Under the pieces are notes generated by a model, which was given only the letters and a program-made list of their open reading frames with translations, did no database searches and was not told the origin of the DNA. Positions 15,540-26,339 of a stretch of 64,000 nt of DNA are shown here, one piece after another. Source of the stretch: Neoconidiobolus thromboides FSU 785 (taxonomy: Eukaryota; Fungi; Entomophthoromycota); contig MU626261.1 in NCBI GenBank assembly GCA_025603075.1, forward strand, positions 248,001 through 312,000, in the 5' to 3' direction. How positions within the stretch are numbered: position 1 is the stretch's first letter; every line of letters begins with the position of its first letter. Both the position numbers and the translations under genes were made by a program.

Positions 15540-16267
15540 ATGCAATATCTATTTAGCCTCTATTTTTATTTCGAAGATCATAGTAGGCTGTAATAACTAA
15601 ATATAAAGTCCTTGGAGCAACGGAAACCGAATTTTTTGATGAAAGTTATGAACGTCATGTATTTGTGAAAACACAACGTCAAGAAGCATATGGTGTGCCA
15701 ATCAAATTAAGTCCATTAAGTAATTGTAACTAGGAAAGTAATTATCTGTTATCTTATGAAAGCGGTACTGTTGAACTAAAATCCGATATACAAACTTCTG
15801 GTTTTGAAGCAGACTTTGACTTTGACCTTGAAGGGTTTTCAATGGGAGGTAATTATGAAGTAAGAAATTATATTACAATAGAAATTATATTAACAACTTC
15901 CAGTCATTCTTTAAGTAAAGAAGAAATCGGACTCTTTTATTTTAAACCAAGATATGAGATGTTTTTCTTGGTCTCATTACTTTTTCCATCTTTTAAGCAT
16001 TATTTGAGTGGAAAGGTTATTAGCAAGATTCTTAAACACAAAAATACATCTCCATATCAATATTGAAAAATGGATCATGCTGGCTATCAATTTGTGGGAG
16101 AAACAGTATGTAAAGCTAAAGTTGCCCAACTTCCTATAATTACTAAAGGTATAATCTTTGAAGGTGTAGTAAATTTACTAAAAAAATGCAGTCTTATTAT
16201 AAAAAAAGAACTTTGTGAAAATACTGAATTATTCACTGAGTACCAATTTAATAAAGCTGTACAATAA
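15540..16267 (+). pseudogene. Decayed gene of an unannotated secreted-type protein family (copy P1), interrupted by MITE copy d
   Basis: One frame reads YKVLGATETEFF..EAYGVPIKLSPL..TVELKSD..GFEADFDFD..IGLFYFKPRY[MITE]QY*K..AQLPIITKGIIFEGVVNLLKK with internal stops. It aligns with 26340-26989. Confidence 0.7.
15956..16053 (-). mobile_element. MITE copy d, inserted in pseudogene P1
   Basis: GAGATGTTTTT..TTAAGCATTATTTGAGTGGAAA..AAAATACATCTCC, 98 bp, flanks ATAT/ATAT. The net 102-nt insertion keeps the host frame. Confidence 0.9.
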
Positions 16268-16915
16268 ATTACAAATTAACACTGTTATATAACAGTAATA
16301 ACTATCTTATCGAACTATAATGATAGTCAATATTTTTATTATGATAGAATTCAAGTCTGAGAAAAAATAGTTTACGATTTTTGAAGATAAATGATTTAAG
16401 ATGTTTTCCGCTAAATACATATTAGATTATAAATTAGTTATAGCTTATACATAATATACATCTTTAGTATATGCCCTATAATACGAAAAAGCTTTTATAT
16501 AGAACTCGATGTATAGTTAATAAAATAAAATGCACAGAATTTCATAAGCTAGAACCAAATAATATTAACTTCAATATAATAAACAGCAAGTAAAAATGTG
16601 ATATAAAATAGCACTAGCTTTATAAAACTGCAGATACATTGGCTTTTGCCTTAGTTAGCTAAAACATACCATTATTTTTCTTTCGAACAATAATAAAATG
16701 CTTTGTTCAAAACATCAAACACTTTGAACTATTATTTAATTAAAAAGATAGTATAATATGATAGTAGTCAACCTGATACCAAATATATTAGTAGTTTGGC
16801 TGTTTACCAAATATGGAAATTAAATTCACAAAATTTAAAACAAGGACAATTATGTGTAATAAAAGGAGAAAATATATTGCCGGCTTAAAAGTTTTCATTT
16901 TTTAAAACATCAATC

Positions 16916-18592
16916 ATGGATGAAACAATCAAAGAAAAAGATACCGAATTATTAGTAAATAAAACAGAAGACTTAGAAGAAATAAGACTAAGTAGCGAAT
17001 CGGAAAGAAATAAAAGAGAGCTACAAATTCAAGAGACAAGAATAAGGATAGACGGGGAAGAAAAAGAAAAGGAAGAAAAAGAGGAAGAGGAAAAGGAAAT
17101 TATACTAAGTTATAAGTTTACTAATGAAGAATTAAATGTAAGTCCTCAGCAATTTCTAAATGTAATACAGCAAGTTAATCAAGCTATAAAAAATAAACAA
17201 TTACCGAGAAGAATTCATCAAGGTTCTTCAGGTTCTTATTTTTGCGTAGATAAAGATGGTAATAATTTAGGCGTTTTCAAGCCTAAAGATGAAGAGCCTT
17301 ATGGACAATTAAATCCAAAGTGGACTAAATGGTTACATCGAAATTTGTTTCCTTGCTGTTTTGGTAGAAGCAGGTAAGATATTGCACTATACTTTGATGT
17401 TTAATAAAATCTAATAATATATTAGCCTGATACCTAATTTGGGTTATTTATCGGAGTCATCAGCATCAATAGTAGATAGAAGTTTGAACTTGGGATTAGT
17501 ACCACGTACTGAAGTAGTAAAATTAAGCAGTCCAAGTTTTCATTATAGATATAAAGATAAAAGAACAACAAAATTACCATTAAAAATAGGTTCGTTTCAA
17601 TTATTTTTAAACAATTATATGAATGGAACTGAATTCCTTGAAAAATACCCATTTCCAAAAAATAATAATGACAGTGATCATTTCCTGAGCACCGATGGTA
17701 TTCTAAAAAATGACATTCATTCTATGAATCATTTTTGGACTTTTAAAAGAAAACTTTATTTTCGACTAGAATTAGAGAAATTGATTGTTTTGGATTATTT
17801 AATAAGAAATACAGGTAAAGACGATAAACTTTTAATAATAGCATTGTTTATTAATGTTCATTATTTATAATAGATAGGTCTTCGGATAATTGGATGATAA
17901 AGGTATTAGGCAACGAAGAAATAAGAATAGCAGCCATTGATCACGGGTTAGCGTTCCCACATAAACATCCAGATAAATGGCGAAGTTATCCTTATGGCTG
18001 GCTAAGCTTACCTATTGAAATTATTGGGAAACCATTTCACAAAATAACACGTGCTTATTTATTACCAATATTAACTAGTATTGAATTTTGGGATCAATTA
18101 GAACACCAACTATTGAAGTTAAATAAGATAGATAATGATTTTAATTTAAAAATGTTTCAAAAGCAAATGCAAGTTATTAAAGGACAAGGGTTTAATTTAT
18201 TACAAAGTTTATTAAATAGCAATGATGGTCCAATTCAATTATGTAATAGGAAAAATAAAGTTGTAGAAGAAATTGTAGATAATAATAATCAAAATGATGA
18301 GTTTAATTTGAGTGTCATAAACACAGACAATAACAATATAAGTAGCAACAATCAAAGTGATTATTATAGTATAAATAATAACATGAATCAAGTAAGTAAT
18401 AATAATGATGTAACTCTAATGACAGAAACCCCGAATAAGGAAATATTGTTAAATAATAAGGACCCAAAGTTAATAAACTTCAATGATCCATTTGAAGACA
18501 AATTTGTATTAAATAACAACCCACTATCAAAAAAAAAAATATTAGGTAAATTAAAAGAGATTACAACTAAACCTTGGTTTACTTCATGTTAA
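16916..18592 (+). CDS. LSB6: Phosphatidylinositol 4-kinase type II
   Basis: RIHQGSSGSYF, VFKPKDEEPYGQLNPKWTKW, CCFGRS, LDYLIRNT|DRSSDNWM, IAAIDHGLAFP, WRSYPYGWL, C-terminal PWFTSC. Confidence 0.92.
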
Positions 18593-18682
18593 TAGCAAAT
18601 TATAATAAATTGTATTTAAAACATATTATAAGTATATATAAACTATACAACATATTTTTATTTAGTTGTGCAATAAATTTTC

Positions 18683-20492
18683 TTAAATTACTTCGGATCT
18701 TACTAACTTTGTTAAGGTAGCATAAAATATATCCATTACTTTTTTTAACGCTTCATTTGTTTGTATTAGTACAAAATATTCTTTTAGATCATTCTCAAGT
18801 CTAGTGAAGATATTAGTAGGTAGTTCATTATCTATATAAAATACGATTAGACCGAATAAAAGTATTTGCCCATTTTTAACTAATTCAAGATTATCTTTGT
18901 AGTTTGGTAAAGTATTGTTATTTAATTGATTTAATAATTGATAAATATAAACAATAAATTCATAACTAATTTTATAAGATAATGGATGGTACTTAGTATA
19001 ATTTGATTTATATATTTTTTTAATTAATAAATAGTCAATTAAATAATCACATTGATTGATATGTTGATATAAATTGATACTGACTGGCAGTTGAAACTGA
19101 TCTATACAAGTTGTTAAATTTAAACCAGAATACGTATTCAATACATTAAAATTAATTTTATCAACTAATTTATTAGTATCTAATTCATGTAAGCATGGGT
19201 TTACCTTTAGCTTGTCTATGATATCACTGATTTTATTGACACTGAGTTTATCAGATACATTTTCAAACAAACTATAACTGTAAATTAACTTTTTATATTT
19301 ATCATAGCATTCAATCATCCGCCGCTGCTTCGTTGTAAATACAACTTTCATATACGCTTTTAATACATCCAATTGATCTAGTTGATGTAACATTTCAATA
19401 TAGCTAAATTGTTTATCTTCAAGTCCTTTATATGTATTGATATTCAACATACTATTTCCTAGTTTAGGTTCATCAAGTAGACTATAATCTACAATTAAAT
19501 CACTACATTTATTACAATTACATACAAAATTGTATTTATCCATTAGTAACTGCTTCCTTCGGTCTTTTGGTAAGATGACATCACAATAGCTTATTGTTAA
19601 CTCTTCATTAGGTTTGATTTGTCTTGTTGTAATGATATCAAAACTATTTTGACGCCTTGTTCCATTATATTCAAAATTGATAATACAGTTTGGCTCACAA
19701 GAATGATTAAGAAAAGAAGCTAAAGGTAAATTACAAAAGCCAATTGATTCGTGATTTAAGTTTATATCAAAAGAGTTATTTTTAGCGATTGATAAGACTA
19801 ATAATATTTCTTTCTTTTCAACTCTCTTTATTCCTTTTTTAACAAATAATTTGACCTGCTTACTATAAAATCCATTTAATCTTTCATAAATCTCATTTAC
19901 TGTTATTCTATCCAACTCTGTTTCTGGCCTTCCGCTAGGATATAAATCATAAAATAACCCCGTTTCATAAAAAACCTTTTCATATTTAAATTCATTTAAA
20001 TAAAGTAAATAATCCTCTGAATGTTTCTTGTTACTACTCCTTTTTATATTATCAATTTCACACGCCCATTTGGTTAAAAAAAAGTCAATTATTAAATCTT
20101 CAAGCTCCCGATCAACTAAACCAAATTCTTGAATGTATTTACATTCAATGAAATGCTTTTTGAACCAATTAATCTTACTGCACTCTGTACTACAATAAAT
20201 TCTATAACGACATAAACTACATTGAATGTAGGACTCTTTTGTTATCAAACATTCGCTGCACCTTTTCTCTTGTACTTTTTTTAAGCTTTGGCCTACAATC
20301 ATTCCTTGAATCATAATTTGTCGCTTTTCCGTTGGTTTTTCTAATAGTTGGTTCTATTTACTATGTATTTTACATAAATTAAGTAGTATTACCTCCTTCT
20401 CCAGGCGAATAAATCAGCCCTCTACCTTTACCAGGGATTTGTTTTAACTGAATATTTGCATTATTATTACTTATATATTTCTGAAGTGACAT
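18683..20492 (-). CDS. SET and MYND domain (SMYD-type) lysine methyltransferase
   Basis: An upstream exon missed by the track (ATG 20492) gives IPGKGRGLI. MYND CSEC..CSLC..YCSTEC..W..H..EC; SET LASFLNHSCEPNC, EELTISY; post-SET FVCNCNKC. Confidence 0.88.
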
Positions 20493-20850
20493 TAAAACTA
20501 GAGATTTCCAAGTTTATATATAAAATGTGATAAAAGTTATCAAAATTTTTGGTGTTCAAAGAATGTAGTAGTTAAATATCAATAGCCTAGTGACTCATAT
20601 AGTCTTTTATCTATTTCTATTGGCTATTGCTTTCCATTTTGCTTTTTAAGCTCAGATTAGAAAAGGTTTACTTTAAAGCTAAGTTTAAAGACAAAACACG
20701 TTATTATGTAATAGTGTAATTTACTATAAATATTATTTTGCGTATAGTAAACAAGCATAATAATGAAAATTGTCTTCAATGATATTAAATTACGTAATTT
20801 ATAAGAATTTAAAGGTTTGATTTAGTCAATTAGTGGTTAATAATGTATGT

Positions 20851-20938
20851 GGGTGCGTTTTTTTAATTCATCACTTTTTCCACTTAAGTGCAAGTTGAGA
20901 TGCAAAATTGTTAGTAAAATTCTCAAAAATACATCCCC
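20851..20938 (-). mobile_element. MITE copy e (internally deleted)
   Basis: GGGTGCGTTTTTTT..CATCACTTTTTCCACTTAAGTG..AAAATACATCCCC; flanks ATGT/ATAT. Confidence 0.8.
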
Positions 20939-21487
20939 ATATATTATTTATTCGATAATTATCAAATCATCAAATATTGATATAGATATCATTTTAGCTT
21001 AGTTATGAGATATGCATATTGTTTTACTAGCCACATTATAATTATACTATTACTGTAGTTGGGTTTTAGCATTAGACTCTACCATTTTTCTTAGTTGGTG
21101 AATATACAATAGATTTTATAATCCTAATCTGCTATGGAAGTTACATTTAGTATTATTAATTCCTTCATTTAAAGGTATTCCCATTCAATATAACAAGTGA
21201 TTATATACATAAGAAAGCTTTATATATTTGTTAAAAGAAATAGGAAGTAGAAACAATTGGCTATTCTTAGTTTATATCTCCTAATCCACATGGTTTCATT
21301 GTAGGCTGTGTTTCAAGAATAAACTTTGAATATTATATTGACTTAATCAGCTAGTTTTAATGTAATAGTTAAATAATTTTTAAATATATTAACAATTATT
21401 GTTATCTTGCATCATAAATAGGCAATAGATTTAAATATAATAAAGTTGAAACATTTAAATCATGTAAGACATTACAGTTTTTTATGT

Positions 21488-21660
21488 TCAAATATGCGCA
21501 ATATTTTACCCTAATTCACTTTAAACATGCATTGGGTATTTAAATTTCGTGTTTGTTAAATAAAAATAGAAAAAATCGTCATGAATAAATTAGCAAACAC
21601 GAAATTGAAGATGCCCAATGCATGTTTAAAATGAATTAGGGTAAAGCATTCCATATTTGA
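21488..21660. repeat. Foldback / long inverted repeat (possible second MITE family)
   Basis: Arms 21506-21559 and 21590-21644 are reverse complements with 4 substitutions and 1 indel, around a 30-nt spacer. Weaker pairing extends to TCAAATATG...CATATTTGA. Confidence 0.85.
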
Positions 21661-21894
21661 GTGTTCAGCTGTAATTGATTTTGGTTGAGCTTTTATTAAA
21701 GGAACGTTAAAATTTTATTGTTATTTAAGTTAAATTAAGGTAACTTAAAAAATTCATTTTTTAGGTTTAGCTTCTATTTTGCTGGAGATTCGATTCTGAT
21801 CGTACTTTTATGCCAAACAGTTAGATCGAGAATTTTAAATCAAAATTATTATATAAATACTCGATCATTGTATTCAATAATTTTATTTTATATT

Positions 21895-22455
21895 ATGAAG
21901 AAAAGTATATATAGGCATGGAAATCATCTATCCAAATTATTTTTATCTTCCAAAATGAGTTCCAACATAATCGATACTTCTGCATTACCTAGCGACAAAC
22001 CACTTTCTCCAGAAAGAAAACGAATTATATCTGAAATCTTAGAATTGTATTGTTGTAGACCAAACGAAAAATATTATCTTAACTTTGAAAACGATTCTAA
22101 ATTCCAAGATCCGATATGTGATGCACGTAATCTTACAGAAATTAAAGCTCAATTTAATGCCATGCCCAAAGCGTTTTCAAATTCTGTTACTAAAAGCTGT
22201 AAAGTAGTTAAAAATGAAAAAGATACCATCCATTTTGATTTAGTGCAAGAATATACTTTTAGTGGCTTAGGATATACAAAAACAATGGAATCGACCACCG
22301 TTTTAGACTTTAATCAAAGTAACAAAATTATTAATTTTGAAGATCGTTGGAATCACTCTGCTAGCTGGAAAGATCATTCCCTCCTTGTAAACGTACAAAA
22401 TATGTTCCGTAGATTTAATGCTGTCGCTTTACCACATTTTATATCAACAAACTAG
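21895..22455 (+). CDS. SnoaL/NTF2-like fold protein (start could be 21955)
   Basis: Intronless ORF; LELYCCRP..F..DSKFQDPI..EIKAQF..FEDRW fits fungal SnoaL-like hypothetical proteins. TATATAAATA near 21850. Confidence 0.6.
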   Translation: MKKSIYRHGNHLSKLFLSSKMSSNIIDTSALPSDKPLSPERKRIISEILELYCCRPNEKYYLNFENDSKFQDPICDARNLTEIKAQFNAMPKAFSNSVTKSCKVVKNEKDTIHFDLVQEYTFSGLGYTKTMESTTVLDFNQSNKIINFEDRWNHSASWKDHSLLVNVQNMFRRFNAVALPHFISTN

Positions 22456-22542
22456 TGTAATAAATTAATTTCTAATATTTTTGAATTATAAGTTGTAAAT
22501 AAAATTTACTATATACGATTAATCATCATTGTTTGTATATAT

Positions 22543-22630
22543 GGGTGTTTTTTCGGCTTCATTACTTTTTCATTTTTTAAGTACTATTTGAATGGCAAAG
22601 TTAATAACTCTTAAACAAAAACATATCCCC
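22543..22630 (-). mobile_element. MITE copy f
   Basis: GGGTGTTTTTTCGGCTTCATTAC..TTAAGTACTATTTGA..CTTAAACAAAAACATATCCCC; flanks ATAT/ATAA. Confidence 0.8.
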
Positions 22631-22757
22631 ATAAAATAGTTTAATTCAATAATTTAAAAAACTGCCTTAAATTAAATCTACCAAACACACAAACATTACA
22701 TGAAATAAATTGTAAAAGTTAATAGCTTTTATAATTACGTTGATGGAATTATTAAAT

Positions 22758-22856
22758 GGAGATGTATTTTTTTTAAAAACTTTACTAACAATCCCTCCGC
22801 TCAAGTAGTGCTTAAAAAATGAAAAAAAAACAATGAAACCAAAAAAAAACATTCCC
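22758..22856 (+). mobile_element. MITE copy g
   Basis: GGAGATGTATTTT..CTCAAGTAGTGCTTAAAA..ATGAAACCAAAAAAAAACATTCCC; direct flanks AAAT/AAAT. Confidence 0.85.
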
Positions 22857-23335
22857 AAATGTCGTATTTTTTGGTCTAGGCAATCTTACTAGATGGCTGT
22901 ACCTTACATTCCCCACTTTTAGAGGTTATTTTGACATTATAAAAGTAACAGAATGGGGGATAAATACTAGAATACTAAAATCAATTTTTAACTCTTATAT
23001 ATTCCATGTAATAATACAAGTGTCTAAAAATAATAATCATTACTACTCCTACCCATAATACAACTGCAATTTGGCTTTAAATAGACTTAAAATAAAAATA
23101 TAACTATTGTTTGTTATCCTAGTATTATCATGTTTTTAAAATGCTAAATAGTATTCCAATCTAAAAAAGCCAATCTACCAAAAGGTCAGCTTTCAATTAT
23201 CAACCTTATTTTAAGTAATAAAATATAATCATAAAACTATAATTTAACACTTAATATAACAAAATAGATTATTTAAAATGAGGTTTATTAATATCAAATT
23301 AATAAGCTTTGAAAGGGAGTATGAAGATAAATAAA

Positions 23336-24292
23336 TTAATCATAATTTTGTATACTACAAGAGGCATCGAAGGTGGCTGAAACATTGTCACCATCAAAGG
23401 TTTTTTGAATCTTTTCATAATTCGCTTTATCTTTAACATATAAATCGATTTGACCGGCTCCAAAGGACCAAGATTCATCAATAACCTTAAAGCACCCATT
23501 GTGAGTTTTACCATTAGGAAGTTTTAATCCTTCAAATTCAGCAATGTGTACAATTGTTCCGACTTTGTGATCATTAACAGCAAGAGATACGTAAGTTTCT
23601 AATTTATCACCTTTAGACCCAATTGGATCAGATTTCTCAAAACAATTGCAGTCATCATCACCGCAATTAATAAATTGACCATTTGAAAGTAAGCCACTGC
23701 CTTCTAAATGTACAGCTTTCCAGTATTCAGAGCTAACTTTAGCAAGAACACCACCTTTACAATTTGGAATTTCAGTGTCTTTTCCTGAAGGGAAATCACT
23801 TTCTTTACTTACCCAGTAATAAGTAAATTTGTAGTTTTCACCACCTTTACCACCACTGGATTTTTTTACTGGTTTTTTATCATCATCTTCGGATTCTTCG
23901 GACTCTTCAGATCCTTTTCCTTTTCCTTTTCCTTTTCCTTTACCCTTGCCTTTATGCTCTTTTTCACTTTTTTCATCTTCGTCTTCATCATCTTTTTTAC
24001 CTTTGCCTTTGCCTTTACCCTTGCCTTTACCTTTACCTTTACCTTCTTCTTCTTCCTCATCATTGCTATCTTCTTTATCTTCTTTATCTTCTTTATCTTC
24101 TTTATCAGAGTCCTGCTCATCCTCATCATCACCACCCATTCCTCGTCTTAAAATGTTCAACATTGGGGAATTTTCTTGACTGCGTTTGATAAGACCGGTA
24201 CCAGCATTAGTGTGGTTAATTGGACTAGCAATTACAGCACTTAAGAGAACGGTAGTGAAAGTTAAAGTAGAAAGAAACTGTCCAAGCTTCAT
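23336..24292 (-). CDS. Secreted protein: signal peptide, KR/RR sites, D/E/K- and GK-repeat linker, C-terminal MltA-like/3D domain
   Basis: MKLGQFLSTLTFTTVLLSAVIASP. Domain motifs HLEGSG, SLAVND, KVIDES, GQIDLYV resemble MltA QGSG and the three 3D aspartates. Intronless; TATAAAAAG about 75 bp upstream. Confidence 0.72.
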   Translation of the reverse strand: MKLGQFLSTLTFTTVLLSAVIASPINHTNAGTGLIKRSQENSPMLNILRRGMGGDDEDEQDSDKEDKEDKEDKEDSNDEEEEEGKGKGKGKGKGKGKGKKDDEDEDEKSEKEHKGKGKGKGKGKGKGSEESEESEDDDKKPVKKSSGGKGGENYKFTYYWVSKESDFPSGKDTEIPNCKGGVLAKVSSEYWKAVHLEGSGLLSNGQFINCGDDDCNCFEKSDPIGSKGDKLETYVSLAVNDHKVGTIVHIAEFEGLKLPNGKTHNGCFKVIDESWSFGAGQIDLYVKDKANYEKIQKTFDGDNVSATFDASCSIQNYD

Positions 24293-24799
24293 AGTTGATT
24301 ATAGTTGAGTTAAAGAAGTTAAAGTGTTAGTTTTTAATATCGTTAAAGAATGCTAATCGTTCCTTTTTATATGTTTATAGTGTATGCTAGGTCAAGATAG
24401 TAATTAATTATACGTTTTCATTATTCGTAAGGTTGATATGTTTTCAGGCGAAAGCGGACTAAATATAGATCAGTTTATTTTTTTATGAATAGTATTTAAT
24501 TAATTAAAATCATTTTTCAAATGAAATTGCCTTTTGTTATTAAAATTTAATTTAAGAACATTTTAATATTGAATACTAGTAGTAATTCTTAATCTATTTC
24601 AGATTTTACATTTTTTTACTTCAAGCTATTATCAATACTTAATTTATTAATAATCATTGAGCATAACACCATTGTCGTTTTTGATAAATATTAAAAATAT
24701 TATGGAGTATCAATAGATTGTTCTTAATTATGTAATTTATTAAAATAAAAAATTAAAGATTAAAGAATCTTAAAAAAGAAAGTGCAATTGAATGTACAT

Positions 24800-24887
24800 G
24801 GGGGAATATTTTTCGGTTTCATCACCTCTATTTTTAAGCACAATTTGAGTGATAAATTGATAAGATTCTTAAACAAAAAGGCATCCC
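24800..24887 (-). mobile_element. MITE copy h (internally deleted)
   Basis: GGGGGAATATTTTTCGGTTTCATCAC..TTAAGCACAATTTGAGTG..CTTAAACAAAAAGGCATCCC; flanks ACAT/ATAT. Confidence 0.8.
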
Positions 24888-26113
24888 ATATTAAAACTTC
24901 ATTTATAAAATAAAAACATGTAGGCTAATTAACGTTTTATTTGGTCTTTATTTAAGTTTTTCATGACTATGATTGTTTTTGAAAATTTGCTTATTAATAA
25001 AAATACACTATAATTTCATAAATATTTTTTAACTAAATGTACAATTATCTTGTTTTATTTTATTACCTAACCAGTTGTTTTCTAACATACAAGCTAGCTA
25101 ACTAGCTTTATTATGGCAAATAGGAAATTTCAAAACCTCAATACATTATACTTTTTAATTAATATTCAGTTGAGATCAAAGATGTATTTTGGTATAAAAC
25201 AATCAATAATGCTTTTATTTTGTTTATTTATCCATTTTTTTACACAGTAAGGATTAAAAAACAGTATTAAATGTTTAAACAAAAGTATTTCCATATTGGC
25301 TTTAATATCTTTTTCACTTGATTTTAAACAAAGGTAAAATATATTGGTCCATCGTGATATAGATGAACTATTGGAATCAGTATCTATTTTACGTAAGTTA
25401 GCTCGAGATTTAATGTTTAAAATGCCATCTACCTTTACTTTAACAAATTATTCTGATATTGATATTAGCTTATCATTCTAAAATCTTAAGTTGCCAAATT
25501 TATTTAACACTCTCTTTGGTCTTTCTAATCAATTGATTTAATTCTGAGTAGTACCTGTAACGCTAATTTCAGATACCCTACAAAAGATCCCAACCGAATG
25601 AATGAAATAAGTACTATATACGTTCTTGGTCGTAAGTGAAGTAACAGTGATTGGTAGCCTACCGGCAGTAGAAAATGGTTTTTAGTAAACCCAACGTTTA
25701 TACAAAAAAACCAGTCCTACTAGTTCTGATAATACAAGAATCTCAAGAAGTTGTGATAGCAAAGTATAAGCCGCAGCCAATCATTATTGAGTATGTTCAA
25801 TAAAATTAGTCTTAATAAAAATCGGTAGTTTTTTAGTCTTATAACATTTAAAGACAGATGGTAATTTTTAATACCTTATACAGCTCGTATAGTGGTTGAT
25901 TCTGTTTGTTTCTTTATACTTTTTGGGCTATAAATTTTATAAAAGATTCTTATAATATAAGATGCATTAAGAAATAATATTTACAATAAAATCTAAGTTT
26001 AATTGATAATTCTATATATCTCAAAAGCAAATGCTTTAGATTATACAATCGATATTGAGAATGTTTAAAACTATACATTTTCTTATACTTCAAGTTTATC
26101 TAAAAAAATAGAT

Positions 26114-26212
26114 GGGGATGATTTTTTTGATTTCATTACTTTTTCCACCTTTTAAGCGCTATTTAAGCGGAAAATTTGTTAGTAAAATTCTTAAACACAA
26201 AAATACATCCCC
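26114..26212 (-). mobile_element. MITE copy j
   Basis: GGGGATGATTTTT..TTAAGCGCTATTTAAGCGGAAA..AAAATACATCCCC; direct flanks AGAT/AGAT. Confidence 0.9.
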
Positions 26213-26339
26213 AGATATTTAATGTTATTTTATTAAAAAATAGAATTAGTATTATTTTATCGCATATTAATTTTTATTTTTCTTATGTAAATGAACTACA
26301 GTCCTAGTAAGATAAATTATTATTATTGTCACACCAAAG

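Noticed and set aside
20990-21330. Possible MRH-like relic (NGRV*C*NPTTVIV*L*CG)
   Set aside because: Too many stops and too few conserved residues to distinguish from chance.
23866-24179. ORFs 23866-24135, 23946-24179 and 23954-24151
   Set aside because: Alternative frames of the low-complexity linker of the secreted 3D-domain gene.
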